Counted from the stretch's first letter, positions 1-11,051 are shown. The stretch is DNA of 64,000 nucleotides from an uncultured delta proteobacterium (GCA_963778655.1 CAVZVA010000010.1:544001-608000), one strand, 5' to 3'. Notes: generated from the sequence alone by a model not told the origin. A program made the numbers and translations.

Positions 1-267
1 GAGCGCGGCGTGCGGCTGACCGGCACCGACGCCTGGAGCTGGGACGCGCCGTTCAAGCACACCGCCGAGCGCTATGCGGAGACGCGCGACGCGTCGCTGA
101 TCTGGGAAGGCCACAAGGCCGGCCGGCACATCGGCTACTGCCACCTCGAGAAGCTGCACAACCTCGAGGCGCTGCCGGGCGACGGCTTCACCGTGGCGTG
201 CTTCCCGGTGAAGATCCGCGGCGCCTCGGCGGGCTGGACGCGCGCGGTCGCGATCTTCGAGGATTGA
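1..267 (+). CDS. Cyclase family (kynurenine formamidase-like) protein, C-terminal part
   Basis: GTDAWSWD, HLEKLHNL and FPVKIRGASAGWTRAVA motifs; runs off the window start. Confidence 0.85.
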   Translation, partial: ERGVRLTGTDAWSWDAPFKHTAERYAETRDASLIWEGHKAGRHIGYCHLEKLHNLEALPGDGFTVACFPVKIRGASAGWTRAVAIFED

Positions 268-280
268 GCCGCGCTCGCGC

Positions 281-1090
281 TCACAGCACGCCCGCCAGCA
301 GCAGCCCGCCTACCGCAACCGCGGCCGCGAGCCGCCACCAGCCGAACAGCGCGAGCCCGTGTTGCGACAACCAGCGCACCATGAAGCGCACCGACACCAC
401 CGCCGCCAGCCACGCCATCACGAAGCCAGCCAGCACCGGCAGCCAGCCGTAGGCCTGCACCATGGCGTGGCCGTGCTGCAGCATCTTGTAGGCGGTGGCC
501 GCGCCCAGCGTGAGCAGCCCGAGCAGAAACGAGAACTCCACCGCCGCCGCCAGCGTGAGCCCGGCGCCGAGCGCGCCCAGGATGGTGGCCAGGCTGCGGC
601 TGGTGCCGGGCCACAGCGCGGCGCACTGCGCCACGCCGATGATGAGCGCAGCGCGCAGCGGCAGCGTGTCGACATCGTAGCGGCCGCCGCGGCGCGTGTG
701 CGGGTCGAGCACCAGCACGAGCAATCCGCCCACGGCCCAGGCGATCACGATCGGCCAGGGCCCGAACAGCACGCGCTCGATCGTGCGGTCGAAGGCGAGC
801 CCGAGCACCGCCGCGGGCACGAACGCCAGCGCCAGCCGCACGCCCAGGCGCAGCCCGCCCGGGTTGCGGCCGAGCGCGCCCTCTGCGATCTCGCCGCAGC
901 GGCGCCGGTACAGCCCCAGCACCGCCACGATCGCGCCGGCCTGAATTGCGATCGCGTAGGCGTTGGCGGCCTCGCTGGGCGCGATCCCGAGGAGCCGCTG
1001 AGTCACCAGCAGGTGCCCGGTCGAGCTCACCGGCAGGTACTCGGTGAAGCCTTCGACCAGGCCGAGCAGCAGCGCTTGCAGGAGCGTCAT
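281..1090 (-). CDS. uppP: Undecaprenyl-diphosphate phosphatase
   Basis: GLVEGFTEYLPVSSTGH and PGTSRS motifs, multiple TM helices. Confidence 0.95.
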   Translation of the reverse strand: MTLLQALLLGLVEGFTEYLPVSSTGHLLVTQRLLGIAPSEAANAYAIAIQAGAIVAVLGLYRRRCGEIAEGALGRNPGGLRLGVRLALAFVPAAVLGLAFDRTIERVLFGPWPIVIAWAVGGLLVLVLDPHTRRGGRYDVDTLPLRAALIIGVAQCAALWPGTSRSLATILGALGAGLTLAAAVEFSFLLGLLTLGAATAYKMLQHGHAMVQAYGWLPVLAGFVMAWLAAVVSVRFMVRWLSQHGLALFGWWRLAAAVAVGGLLLAGVL

Positions 1091-1302
1091 GGCGGAAGGT
1101 GTCCCCAAGCAGTCGCGGCGGCGGGCTTAGCAGAAGCGCGCGCAACCCACCAGGGCTCCGGGCGCGAGCGGGCGCAGCGTAGCAAGCCACGCCGGGGGAG
1201 GGGGGGCCAATGGCTTTGCCGCTGGGGCGCGAGCGGCGCGTGCCCCTGCCCGGTGGACGACTCCCGCGCGCGCGTTGCTGGCGCATGCAGTAAGCTCGCT
1301 CG

Positions 1303-2553
1303 GTGAGCGGACGGATCGTGCTGCATGCCGACATGGACGCGTTCTACGCGTCGATCGAGCAGCGCGACCGGCCCGAGCTGCGCGGCAAGCCGGTGATCGT
1401 GGGCGCGACCTCGCCGCGCGGCGTGGTGGCCGCCGCCTCGTACGAGGCACGCACGTTCGGCGTGCGCAGCGCCATGCCGGGCTTTCGCGCGCGCGAGCTG
1501 TGTCCCGACGGCGTCTACTTGCCCTCCGACATGGGCAAGTACGTGGCGGTCTCGGAACAAGTGCGGCACGTGTTCGAGGAGCTCACGCCAATCGTGGAGC
1601 CGCTCGCGCTGGACGAAGCGTTTCTCGACGTGACCGCGTCGGTCTCACTGTTCGGCGGGCCGGTCGAGATCGCGCGCCGGCTCAAGCAGCGCGTGCGCGA
1701 GGTGGTGCAGCTGCCGGTCTCGTGCGGCATCGCGAGCAACAAGCTGGTGGCCAAGATCGCCTGCACGCTGGGCAAGCCAGACGGCCTGTTGTGGGTGCCA
1801 CCCGAACAGACGCGCGCGTTGCTCGACCCGCTACCGATCCGCTGGCTGTGGGGCATCGGCCCGGTGGCGGAGAAGGCGCTGCGGCAGGCAGGCTATCAGC
1901 GCTTGGCGGACGTGGCCGGCGCCGAGCCGCACGCGCTTGGCCAGGTGGTCGGCACCGAACGTGCTCGGGCGCTGATCGCGCTGGCGCGCGGCGAGGACGA
2001 GCGCGAGGTGGAAGCGCAGCGCGAGGCCAAGAGCTACGGCGAGGAGAACACCTTCGAGCGCGACGTGAGCGCGCGCGAGCAGGTGACGCAGGCGCTCAGC
2101 AGCCACGCGCAGGCGGTGGCGCGGCGACTGCGCCACGACGGGCTGCGCGCGCGCACCATCACGCTCAAGCTCAAGCTCGGGCGCGCGCGCGGCCAGCGCA
2201 CGGCGCGCAGCGATGCGGACGGCTTCGAGCCGCTCTATCCGCTGCTCACGCGCAGCCGTAGCCTGCGCCAGCCCACCGACGACGGCGCGGTGATCCGGCG
2301 TGTCGCGATCGAGCTGTGGGACGCGGCCGCGGTGGGCGAGCCGGTCCGACTGCTCGGGGTGAGCGTGAGTAACCTCGACGCCTCGACTGAACAGCAGCTC
2401 GAGCTGTTCGGCGGAGCCCAGGCGCGGCGCGGCAAGCGGCTCGGCCCCGCGCTCGACGCGATCCGCGAGCGCTTCGGGCCGGACGCCATCCGCGTGGGCC
2501 AGGAGGCACCCCCCAAGCTCACCCCGAGCGGTCGCCGCAAGCGCGGGCAGTAA
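1303..2553 (+). CDS. dinB: DNA polymerase IV
   Basis: HADMDAFYASIEQ, SYEAR, LDEAFLD, NKLVAKIA and VRLLGVS Y-family motifs. Confidence 0.95.
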   Translation: MSGRIVLHADMDAFYASIEQRDRPELRGKPVIVGATSPRGVVAAASYEARTFGVRSAMPGFRARELCPDGVYLPSDMGKYVAVSEQVRHVFEELTPIVEPLALDEAFLDVTASVSLFGGPVEIARRLKQRVREVVQLPVSCGIASNKLVAKIACTLGKPDGLLWVPPEQTRALLDPLPIRWLWGIGPVAEKALRQAGYQRLADVAGAEPHALGQVVGTERARALIALARGEDEREVEAQREAKSYGEENTFERDVSAREQVTQALSSHAQAVARRLRHDGLRARTITLKLKLGRARGQRTARSDADGFEPLYPLLTRSRSLRQPTDDGAVIRRVAIELWDAAAVGEPVRLLGVSVSNLDASTEQQLELFGGAQARRGKRLGPALDAIRERFGPDAIRVGQEAPPKLTPSGRRKRGQ

Positions 2554-2687
2554 GAACCAGCGCAACCGGGAAGGCGGCAATGCGCGTGCTGGAACGACCT
2601 CCCCAGCCCGGCGTCGCCCGCCCGACCGGGTCGCCCCAGGCTCCGAAATCGCTCATACTTCGAAGCTACGCCCAGGACGCGGCGCCC

Positions 2688-4301
2688 ATGGCCGACGATC
2701 CACAAACGACCGAAGACACCGTCCAGCAGGTGCAACGCCTGCGTGCACGCATCGCCGAGCTGGAACGGGCCGAGGAACGCCTGCGCGAGAGCGAGCAGCG
2801 CTTTCGGACGCTGGTGGAGGGCTCGTTCGAAGGCTTGATGGTCTCGATGGACGGCAAGGTGATCGAGACCAACGCGAGCTGCGCCGCGCTGGTGGGCCTG
2901 ACGCGCGAGCAGATGCTAGGCAAGACGGTCGCCGACTTCGCCACGCCCGCATCGGCGGCGTTGATTCTGGAGCGCATCCGCCAGGGCACCGAGGCGCCGT
3001 ACGAAGCGGTCGGCGTGCGTCACGACGGCAGCACGTTTCCGTGCGAGATCCTCGGCCGCAACATCCTCTACCAGGGACAGCAGGCGCGCATCACCGCGAT
3101 CCGCGACCTGACCGAACGCAAGCGCGGCGAGGACGAGAAGAAGCGACTGCAAGAGCAGATGCTGCACGCCCAGAAGCTGGAGACGCTGGGCGTGCTCGCC
3201 GGCGGCGTGGCCCACGACTTCAACAACCTGCTGCTGGTGGTGCTCGGCCACGCCGAGCTGGCGCTGGCGGGCGCCCAGGATGACTCAGCTATCCACGCGC
3301 ACCTTTCGCAGATCCGCGCCGCGGCGCTGCGCGCGAGCGAGCTCACCTCGCAGATGCTGACCTATGCGGGACGGACCACCGGACAGCCCGAGCCGCTCGA
3401 TCTCGGCGAGCTAGTGCGCGAGATGAACGAGCTGCTGCGGGTGTCGGTATCCAAGCGCGCGCACGTGGTGCTCGAGCTGGCCAGCGGCTTGCCCGCGATC
3501 GACGCCGATCCGGGCCAGCTGCGGCAAGTCGTGATGAACCTGATCACCAACGCGTCCGACGCGCTCGGCGACGAGCCCGGCGAGATCCATCTGCGCACCG
3601 CGCTTGTCTCGCTGGACCAGAGCCGACTCGATCACGCGGTGCTCAACACCACCGACGGGCCGGGGCGCTACGTGTGCCTCGAGGTCCGCGACCAGGGTTG
3701 CGGCATGGACCGCGCCACGCTCGGGCGCATCTTCGATCCGTTCTTCAGCACCAAGTTCGCGGGCCGCGGGCTGGGGCTGGCGTCGCTGCTCGGCGTGGTG
3801 CGCGCGCACCGCGGCGCAATCGAGGTCGAAAGCGAGCCTGGACGCGGCGCGCGCTTTACCGTGTGCTTGCCGCCCAGCAGGCTCGCCGCGCGCCCTAGCG
3901 AGCGACCGCCGCGCGCGCCCGAGCCGGCCAGCCCCCAGCGCGGGCTGGCGCTGCTGGCCGACGACGAGCCGATGCTGCGCCGGGTGGGTGCCGAGATCCT
4001 CGGCTCGCTCGGCTTCGAGGTGCTAACCGCCGAGGACGGACGGCAGGCGGTCGACATCTTCCGCAACCTCAGCCACGAGATCGGGCTGGTGGTGTTGGAC
4101 GCGACCATGCCGCGGATGGGCGGCGCCGAGGCGCTGCAGGCGATCCGTGCGCTGGCGCCGGCCACGCCGGTGATCATGGTCAGCGGCTTCCAGGAGCGCA
4201 CGCCCGAGCCCAGCGCGGACCCGCACCTGGCGTTCCTGGCCAAGCCCTTCGAGATCAGCGTGCTGGTCTCGACCGTCGACGCGCTGACGCGACCCGATTA
4301 G
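2688..4301 (+). CDS. PAS hybrid sensor histidine kinase/response regulator
   Basis: PAS region, AGGVAHDFNNLL H-box, N/G1/F/G2 boxes, C-terminal receiver domain; start uncertain (2580 possible). Confidence 0.9.
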   Translation: MADDPQTTEDTVQQVQRLRARIAELERAEERLRESEQRFRTLVEGSFEGLMVSMDGKVIETNASCAALVGLTREQMLGKTVADFATPASAALILERIRQGTEAPYEAVGVRHDGSTFPCEILGRNILYQGQQARITAIRDLTERKRGEDEKKRLQEQMLHAQKLETLGVLAGGVAHDFNNLLLVVLGHAELALAGAQDDSAIHAHLSQIRAAALRASELTSQMLTYAGRTTGQPEPLDLGELVREMNELLRVSVSKRAHVVLELASGLPAIDADPGQLRQVVMNLITNASDALGDEPGEIHLRTALVSLDQSRLDHAVLNTTDGPGRYVCLEVRDQGCGMDRATLGRIFDPFFSTKFAGRGLGLASLLGVVRAHRGAIEVESEPGRGARFTVCLPPSRLAARPSERPPRAPEPASPQRGLALLADDEPMLRRVGAEILGSLGFEVLTAEDGRQAVDIFRNLSHEIGLVVLDATMPRMGGAEALQAIRALAPATPVIMVSGFQERTPEPSADPHLAFLAKPFEISVLVSTVDALTRPD

Positions 4302-4981
4302 GGCCACGAGGCCTGCCGCGCGAGCACCGCCGCCGAGAGCGGCGTGCCGGCCGGCAGCGCGGGGTCGGGCACGGGTGCACCGAGCTGCAGCCGCAGCGGC
4401 AGCTCGCCGGCCCAGCACGGGTGCGCGAGATCGGCGCCGGAGTCGAGCGGCGGGCCGCTGCGGATCTTGGCCGAGGCCTCGGCGATCTGCAGCTCGAGCA
4501 CCAGGGTGGCGCGCAGCTCCTCGTCGCTCGGCGCGCGCGTCTCGCGCGAGCGGCCCGGGGCGATGTGCTCGACCAGCGCGTCGAGCGCGGCGCGCTGGTC
4601 GGCCGGTTCCAGCAGCTCTCGCGCGTGCGAGAACAGCGTGACGCAGCGGAAGTTCATCGAGTGGTGGAACGCGGTGCGTGCCAGCACCAGGCCGTCGAGC
4701 AAGGTGAAGGTCACCGCCGCCTCGCGCCCATCGGCGAGCGCACGGAACATGCGGTTGGCGCGCGCGCCGTGCACGTACAAGCGGTCGCCTGCGCGCGCGT
4801 GCGCGGTCGGCAGCACGAAGGGGCGCCCCTCCAGCTCGAAGCCGACGTGGCAGCACAGAGCCTCGTCGATGATGGCGTATATGGTCGCGCGCTCGTGGCT
4901 GCCGCGCTCGGCATGGCGCTTGAGCGTGGTGCGCGGAGTCTGCGGCAGGCTGGCCGCGGGCTTGGCGTCGGGACTCGTCAT
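4298..4981 (-). CDS. Pyridoxamine 5'-phosphate oxidase-like (NimA-type) flavin-binding protein
   Basis: LCCHVGF, YVHG, DGLVLARTAFHHSMNFR motifs; divergent from a MocR regulator. Confidence 0.85.
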   Translation of the reverse strand: MTSPDAKPAASLPQTPRTTLKRHAERGSHERATIYAIIDEALCCHVGFELEGRPFVLPTAHARAGDRLYVHGARANRMFRALADGREAAVTFTLLDGLVLARTAFHHSMNFRCVTLFSHARELLEPADQRAALDALVEHIAPGRSRETRAPSDEELRATLVLELQIAEASAKIRSGPPLDSGADLAHPCWAGELPLRLQLGAPVPDPALPAGTPLSAAVLARQASWP

Positions 4982-5033
4982 GGGCTAGAAGTGGTCTGCG
5001 GCTGGTCTATGAAAAAGTACCGGATTCGAGATA

Positions 5034-6521
5034 ATGGCTAGACCACTTCAACACTGGGACCTGAGCCTGCGGCTGGAGCACGATGCCTCAGGCCAACCGC
5101 TGTTCGTGCGGATTTCGCGCGCGATCGCCGATGACATCCGCGCCGGCCGACTGGCCGCGGGCGCGCGCCTGCCGGGTAGCCGGGCGCTCGCGCGCGGGCT
5201 CGCGGTGCACCGCAACACCGTGCTGGCCGCCTATCGCGAGCTGCTCGCGGAGGGCTTCCTGCAGGGGCGCGCGGGCAGCGGCACCTTCGTCGCGAGCGCG
5301 CTTCCCGAGCGCCCGGCGCGACGCCTGACACGCGCGCACAAGAGCCCGGCGCGGCCCGCGCGCGCGGGCTTCGAGCTGCCGCCGGCACGGCTGCCCGCCG
5401 CCGTCCCGTCCCAGGCCCCGCCGCCGGGCACGCTCGCGCTATACGGTGGTCTGCCGGACGTGCGCCTTTCGCCCGGGCAGGCGCTGGCACGCGCGTATCG
5501 CCGCGCGCTGCGCCAGCGAGCGCCGCTCGGCTACGGCGATCCGCGCGGGCACCCGCGGCTGCGCGCAGCGCTGGCGCTGATGCTGAACGCGACCCGCGGG
5601 CTCGCGCTCGGCCCCGACGATCTGCTGATCACGGCCGGCAGCCAGATGGCGCTGGCGCTCGCTGCCAAGGTCGCTCTGGTGCCGGGCGACCTGGTCGCGG
5701 TCGAGCAATACGGCTACCGCCCGGCGTGGGAAGCGCTGCGCGCAGCCGGCGCCGAGCTGCTGCCCTTGCCGCTGGACCAGCACGGGTTGCGCGTGGATGC
5801 GCTCGATGCGCTGTGCCGCAGCCGGCGCGTGCGCGGGGTCTACCTCACGCCACACCACCAGTATCCGACCACGGCTACGCTCTCGGCACCGCGCCGGCTC
5901 GCACTGCTTGCGCTGGCCGAGCGCGAACGGCTGTTCGTGCTCGAAGACGACTACGACCACGAGTTTCACTACCAGGGCCGCCCGGTGCTGCCACTCGCGA
6001 GCAGCGACCAGGCCGGCGTCGTGATCTACGTGGGCACGCTCTCCAAGGTGCTGGCGCCCTCGCTGCGCATCGGCTACCTGGTCGCGCCGCACGCGCTGTT
6101 GGAGCGGGCCACGGCCGAGCGCTTCTACCTCGACCGCCAGGGCGACCACGCGCTCGAGCTCGCACTCTCGGAGCTGTTCGAGGACGGCGAGATCCAGCGC
6201 CACCTGCGGCGCACGCGACGCATCTACCACGCGCGACGCGATCACTTCGTCGCGCTGCTGCAGCAGACCTTCGGCGAGCGCTTGCAGTTCCAGGTGCCGG
6301 CTGGCGGCATGGCGCTGTGGGCCAAGCTCTCGCCGCGCGTGCGGGTCGAGCGCTGGCTGGAGCGCGGCGCGGCCCAGGGCGTGTTGTTCCAGCCCGGACG
6401 CCAATTCGATTTCGCCGGACGCGCCCTGCCGCACGTGCGCCTGGGCTACGCGGGTCTGGCCGAGGACGAGCTGAGCGAGGCGGTCGGACGCCTGCAGCGG
6501 GCATGGCCGGGGCCGGCGTAG
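5034..6521 (+). CDS. GntR/MocR family PLP-dependent transcriptional regulator
   Basis: N-terminal wHTH (LPGSRALA...RNTV); aminotransferase domain with EDDYD and TLSK. Confidence 0.92.
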   Translation: MARPLQHWDLSLRLEHDASGQPLFVRISRAIADDIRAGRLAAGARLPGSRALARGLAVHRNTVLAAYRELLAEGFLQGRAGSGTFVASALPERPARRLTRAHKSPARPARAGFELPPARLPAAVPSQAPPPGTLALYGGLPDVRLSPGQALARAYRRALRQRAPLGYGDPRGHPRLRAALALMLNATRGLALGPDDLLITAGSQMALALAAKVALVPGDLVAVEQYGYRPAWEALRAAGAELLPLPLDQHGLRVDALDALCRSRRVRGVYLTPHHQYPTTATLSAPRRLALLALAERERLFVLEDDYDHEFHYQGRPVLPLASSDQAGVVIYVGTLSKVLAPSLRIGYLVAPHALLERATAERFYLDRQGDHALELALSELFEDGEIQRHLRRTRRIYHARRDHFVALLQQTFGERLQFQVPAGGMALWAKLSPRVRVERWLERGAAQGVLFQPGRQFDFAGRALPHVRLGYAGLAEDELSEAVGRLQRAWPGPA

Positions 6522-6602
6522 CGCGGCCGGCGCAGCATGGGGTAGGCTGCGGGCGCCGTTCCGCGGGTCTGCTGGCGAAGCACTGAGCACGAGACCTCAT
6601 CG

Positions 6603-8267
6603 ATGAGCCGTTTGGTCGTTGTGGGCGCGCGCGAGCCGCTGGCGCTGCGCGTGGTGGCGTACCTGGCCGAGCAGGGACTTGAGCCGAGCGGTCCGGTGCA
6701 CCCCGACGTCGGCCGCGTGCAGGGCGACGCCAGCGCGTTTCTGGGACAGGCGAGCCACGTCGTCTACCTGCCGATGCGCGCGCGCGACGGGCGTGCGGGG
6801 CCCGATCTCGAGCAGGCGCGCGCGGCATTCACCGCCTGCGCGCGGCTGCGACCCGCGCATTTCGTGCTGGTCTCGAGCGCGGAGGCCTACGGCGCGAGCC
6901 CGCGCAACCCGGGTCTGATCGCAGAGTCGCGCGCGCTCTCGCGCGGCGCCAAGAACGCCGTCAGCACGGCCTGGCGGCAGCTCGAAGCGGCCGCGCGCGA
7001 GCAGCTCGGCGCGCCCAGCGGCACCGCGCTCACGATTCTGCGGCCGTGCGCGGTGCCGATGCGCGGCCGCGACGACTTCTACAGCCGCCTGCTGTGCGGA
7101 CGGGTAGCGCTGACGCTGGCGGGTCACGATCCCTCGATCCAGGTGCTGAGCCCGATCGATCTCGCGGCCGCGATCGCGTGCGCGCTGGCGCGCAGCAAGG
7201 GCGGCGTCTACAACGTCGCCCCCGACGCGGTGATCCCCCTGCATACGGCGCTGCAGCGCGTACACGCCGCGCGCCTGCCCGTTCCGCGCGAGCTGCAGCG
7301 CGGTGCGCGGCGCCTGCTGCACGGGCTGGGCCTGAGCAAGCCCGAGCCGGTCGAGCAGCTCGAGTACCTGCGCTACTCGTGGACCGTCTCCAACCGCAAG
7401 ATCAAGCGCGAGCTGGGCTTTGCGCCCAGCCGCGACAGCGCGCGGGCGCTGCAGGAGCTGCTGCACGGCGAAGCGGTCTCACCCGCGCCGGCCACGCCCG
7501 CTGCGGCGCGCTTCGACGATTTCGGCCTGGACAAGGACTTCGTGGAGCGATCGGGTCCGCTGCTGGACTTTCTGGCACAGCGCTATTGGCGGATCGAGGT
7601 CGAGGGCCTGGAGCACGTGCCCGCCTCGGGCAAGGGCGTGCTGGTCGGCGTGCACCGCGGCCTGATCGCGTGGGACGGCGCGATGATCGTGCACCTGCTG
7701 GCGACGCGCATGCAGCGCTACCCGCGCTTTCTGGTGCACCCGACGGGCTTTCGCTTTCCCTTCGCGTTCGACCTCACCACCAAGATCGGCGGCATGGTCG
7801 CGTGCCAGGAGAACGCCGACTACGTGCTCGAGCACGGCGAGCTGCTCGGCATCTTTCCCGAGGGCCTGCGCGGCGTGTTCACGCTGTACCATGAGGCCTA
7901 TCGGCTGAGGAAGTTCGGCCGACACGACTTCGTGAAGATCGCGCTGCGTCACGGCGCGCCGATCATCCCCTTCGTGATCGTAGGCAGCGCCGAGACCTAT
8001 CCGATCGTGGGCAAGCTCGACTGGGACTGGTTGACGCGCAAGACCGACTGGCCGTACGTGCCGATCACCGCGACGCTGCTGCCCCTGCCCCTGCCGTCCA
8101 AGTGGTACGTGCGCTTCCTGCCCCCGCTCGAGCTGGGCCAGCAGTACGGGCGGGAAGCCGCCCGCGACTCGGCGCTGGTGCGCCGGCTCAGCGATCAGGT
8201 CAAGCAGCAGATGGAAGCCGCGATCGAGGAGCTGTCCAGCCGCCGCAAGTCGGTGTTTCTGGGCTGA
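6603..8267 (+). CDS. NAD-dependent epimerase-like / glycerol-acyltransferase (PlsC-like) fusion
   Basis: Degenerate extended-SDR N-domain; C-domain with EGLEHVP, HxxxxxxD and IFPEG. Confidence 0.75.
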   Translation: MSRLVVVGAREPLALRVVAYLAEQGLEPSGPVHPDVGRVQGDASAFLGQASHVVYLPMRARDGRAGPDLEQARAAFTACARLRPAHFVLVSSAEAYGASPRNPGLIAESRALSRGAKNAVSTAWRQLEAAAREQLGAPSGTALTILRPCAVPMRGRDDFYSRLLCGRVALTLAGHDPSIQVLSPIDLAAAIACALARSKGGVYNVAPDAVIPLHTALQRVHAARLPVPRELQRGARRLLHGLGLSKPEPVEQLEYLRYSWTVSNRKIKRELGFAPSRDSARALQELLHGEAVSPAPATPAAARFDDFGLDKDFVERSGPLLDFLAQRYWRIEVEGLEHVPASGKGVLVGVHRGLIAWDGAMIVHLLATRMQRYPRFLVHPTGFRFPFAFDLTTKIGGMVACQENADYVLEHGELLGIFPEGLRGVFTLYHEAYRLRKFGRHDFVKIALRHGAPIIPFVIVGSAETYPIVGKLDWDWLTRKTDWPYVPITATLLPLPLPSKWYVRFLPPLELGQQYGREAARDSALVRRLSDQVKQQMEAAIEELSSRRKSVFLG

Positions 8268-8348
8268 AGGGTCGCGCAGGCTCGACGCCAGGCATCAAAG
8301 CCCGCCCCAGCCCGGCGCGGTCGCCCGCGGATCGGGTAGGCTCGGCCC

Positions 8349-11051
8349 GTGCTGCGAACCTGCGTGCTGGCCGGCGTGTTTGTGCTCTCGGGGGCGAGCG
8401 CGCTGGTGTTCGAGACGCTGTGGTTTCACCAGGCCGCGCTGCTGGTCGGGAGCACGCTGTGGGCGGCGAGCTTGGTGCTCTCGGCGTTCATGGCCGGCAT
8501 GGCGGCCGGCAACCTCGGCGCCGCGCTGCGCGGCGACCGGGCCCAAGACGGTATCCGCGTGTACGCCGGGCTGGAGCTGGTGGTGGCGATCTCGGGGGTC
8601 GCGCTGGTGTACCTGTTGCCCGCGCTCGGCCCGGTGCTGGCGCCGCTGGCCGAGCCGCTCGCGGGGAGGCCTGCGCTGCTGCAGCTGCTGCGCTTCTGCA
8701 CCGCGTTCGCGCTGCTGCTGCTGCCCGCGGCAGCCATGGGTATGAGCCTGCCCTTGCTGGTGCGCGCGGCCGGCGCCTGGGATGCGAGCTTCGGCCGCGT
8801 GCTCGGGCTGTTGTACGGCGCGAACACGCTCGGCGCCGTGGCCGGAGCGATCTTGAGCGAGCTCTTGCTGCTGCCGTTGCTCGGGATTCGCGGCAGCGCG
8901 CTGTGCGCCGGGGCGCTGAGCGGGCTTGCGGCCGTGCTGGCGCTGGGATTTCGGGCGCGCGCTCCCGCGCCGGCGCCGGCGGCCACCTCGGGCGCCGTGC
9001 TGCCGCGCGGGCGGGCGGCTGCCCTGCTGCTCGCCGCGGCCTGCGGCGCCGGTCTGCTGCTGCTGGCGCTGGAAGTGGTGTGGCTGCGCTTCCTGGTGCT
9101 GTTCCTCAACGACACCCCGCTGGCCTTCGCGGTGGTGCTCGCGCTGGTGCTGGCGGGCATCGCGCTCGGCAGCCTGCTGGCCTCACTGTGGGCGAGCCTT
9201 TCCGCGCGCGCCGGCCAATTCGCCTGGCTCGCGGCCTACGCGGGCGGGCTGTTCGGGTTGGGCGGCTATCTGTTGTATCCGCTATTCCTGCGCGGCTCGT
9301 TTCCGCCCTATCAGCCGCTGTCCACGATCGTCGCGCTGGCCGCTCCGCTGGTCTTGCCCACCTCGCTCGCGTCCGGCGCGCTGTTCACCTTGCTGGGCGC
9401 GCGGCTGCGCCGGTTTGCGGGCTCGGATGCCGCGACGGCAGGCGCGCTGAGCTTCGCCAATACCATCGGCGCGGGCATCGGACCCCTGCTCGCGGGCTTC
9501 GTGCTGCTGCCGCAGATCGGGATGGAGCGCGCGCTGCTGGGAGCGTTCGTCAGCTACGGGCTGCTGGGTCTGGCGCTGAGCTTCGGCGGCAAGCTCGACG
9601 CGCGCGTCCGCTACGGCAGCGTGCTGCTGTTCGCGGCGGGGCTCGCGTTCTTTCCGCTGGGGCTGGTGCGTGCGCGCTACATCCGCATCTGCGCCAGTCG
9701 CTGGACGCGCGACGCCGGCGAGCTCGTGGGCGTGCGCGAGAGCGCCAGCTCGACCCTGCTGCACGTGGTGCACCGCGAGCACGGGGCGCCGCTGTTCGAC
9801 CAGGTCGCGACCAACGCCTACTCGATGTCGGTCAACGGTTTCTACGGGCGCCGCTACATGAAGCTGTTCGTCTATCTGCCGGTGGCGCTGCACCCCAAGC
9901 CCGAGCGCGCGCTGCTGATCGGCTTTGGCATCGGCAACACCGCCAAGGCCCTGACCGACACCGCCGCGCTGCGTCGCATCGACGTGGTCGACGTGTCGCG
10001 CGACATGCTCGACGCCAGCCGGCAGCTGCGCGTGTCCCAGGGCCGCTCGCCGCTCGACGACCCGCGCGTCCACGTGCGGATCGAGGACGGCCGCTTCTTT
10101 CTGCAGTCGACCTCCGCGCGCTACGACCTGATCACGGGCGAGCCGCCGCCGCCGATCATCGCCGGCGTGGTCAACTTGTACACCACCGAGTACTTTCGGC
10201 TGGTGCACGACCGGCTGGCGCAGGGCGGCATCGCGACCTACTGGCTGCCGGTGATGAACATCTCCGCGACCGCCGCCAAGTCGGTCATCCACGGCTTCTG
10301 CGACGCGTTTGCCGACTGCTCGCTGTGGCACGGCTCCGGAGCCAACTTCATGTTGATGGGCACGCGCGGCGCGCGCGGGCCGGGCAGCGATGCCGCTTTC
10401 GAGCGGCAGTGGCAGCAGCCCGCGGTGCTGCGCGAGCTGGTGGACCTGGGCTTCGAGGTGCCGGCCCAGCTCGCCGCGACCTTCATCGGCGACGCACGCT
10501 ACCTGCGCGCGCTGTCGGCGGACTCCAAGCCGCTCACCGACGACCGGCCCAAGCGCCTGCAGCACTTCATCGGCCAAGCGGACCTCGAGCCGCTGATCGC
10601 ACAGTGGCACGACCCGCGCGCGGCGGCCGAGCGCTTCCACGACAGCGCGTGGGTCGCGGCGCTGTTCCCGGCAGGCATTCGCGCGCAGGCGCCAGACCTA
10701 TTCCAGGTGCAGTGGCTGATCGACGAGCTGCTGTCCTCGGACGCCAGCGCGTTGCACAACTCGCGCCTGCTTCACCAGCTGCTGTTCCGCACCCGGCTCA
10801 AGCTGCCTTTGCTGCTGCTGCTGGGCAGCAGCCCCGATCTGCAGGACGCGCTCGCGCGCATGCCGCCCGCGCAGCGCGAGGAGCCGGCGTGGCTGCTGCA
10901 CCGGGCGGCCGGCAAGCTCGCCGATCGCGACCTGCCTGCGGCGCTCGCGCTGCTGCAGCAAGTTCCGCGCGAGCAGCTTCCGATCAAAGACTTGCGCGAA
11001 TACCTCGCATACGCCGTACGCCGCACCTCCGCGGCAGCCGCCGCGCCTTGA
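8349..11051 (+). CDS. Fused membrane (MFS-like) / spermidine synthase-like protein
   Basis: SGASALVFE and LYGANTLG TM repeats; IGFGIG, EDGR and YDLITGEPPPP methyltransferase motifs. Confidence 0.85.
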   Translation: MLRTCVLAGVFVLSGASALVFETLWFHQAALLVGSTLWAASLVLSAFMAGMAAGNLGAALRGDRAQDGIRVYAGLELVVAISGVALVYLLPALGPVLAPLAEPLAGRPALLQLLRFCTAFALLLLPAAAMGMSLPLLVRAAGAWDASFGRVLGLLYGANTLGAVAGAILSELLLLPLLGIRGSALCAGALSGLAAVLALGFRARAPAPAPAATSGAVLPRGRAAALLLAAACGAGLLLLALEVVWLRFLVLFLNDTPLAFAVVLALVLAGIALGSLLASLWASLSARAGQFAWLAAYAGGLFGLGGYLLYPLFLRGSFPPYQPLSTIVALAAPLVLPTSLASGALFTLLGARLRRFAGSDAATAGALSFANTIGAGIGPLLAGFVLLPQIGMERALLGAFVSYGLLGLALSFGGKLDARVRYGSVLLFAAGLAFFPLGLVRARYIRICASRWTRDAGELVGVRESASSTLLHVVHREHGAPLFDQVATNAYSMSVNGFYGRRYMKLFVYLPVALHPKPERALLIGFGIGNTAKALTDTAALRRIDVVDVSRDMLDASRQLRVSQGRSPLDDPRVHVRIEDGRFFLQSTSARYDLITGEPPPPIIAGVVNLYTTEYFRLVHDRLAQGGIATYWLPVMNISATAAKSVIHGFCDAFADCSLWHGSGANFMLMGTRGARGPGSDAAFERQWQQPAVLRELVDLGFEVPAQLAATFIGDARYLRALSADSKPLTDDRPKRLQHFIGQADLEPLIAQWHDPRAAAERFHDSAWVAALFPAGIRAQAPDLFQVQWLIDELLSSDASALHNSRLLHQLLFRTRLKLPLLLLLGSSPDLQDALARMPPAQREEPAWLLHRAAGKLADRDLPAALALLQQVPREQLPIKDLREYLAYAVRRTSAAAAAP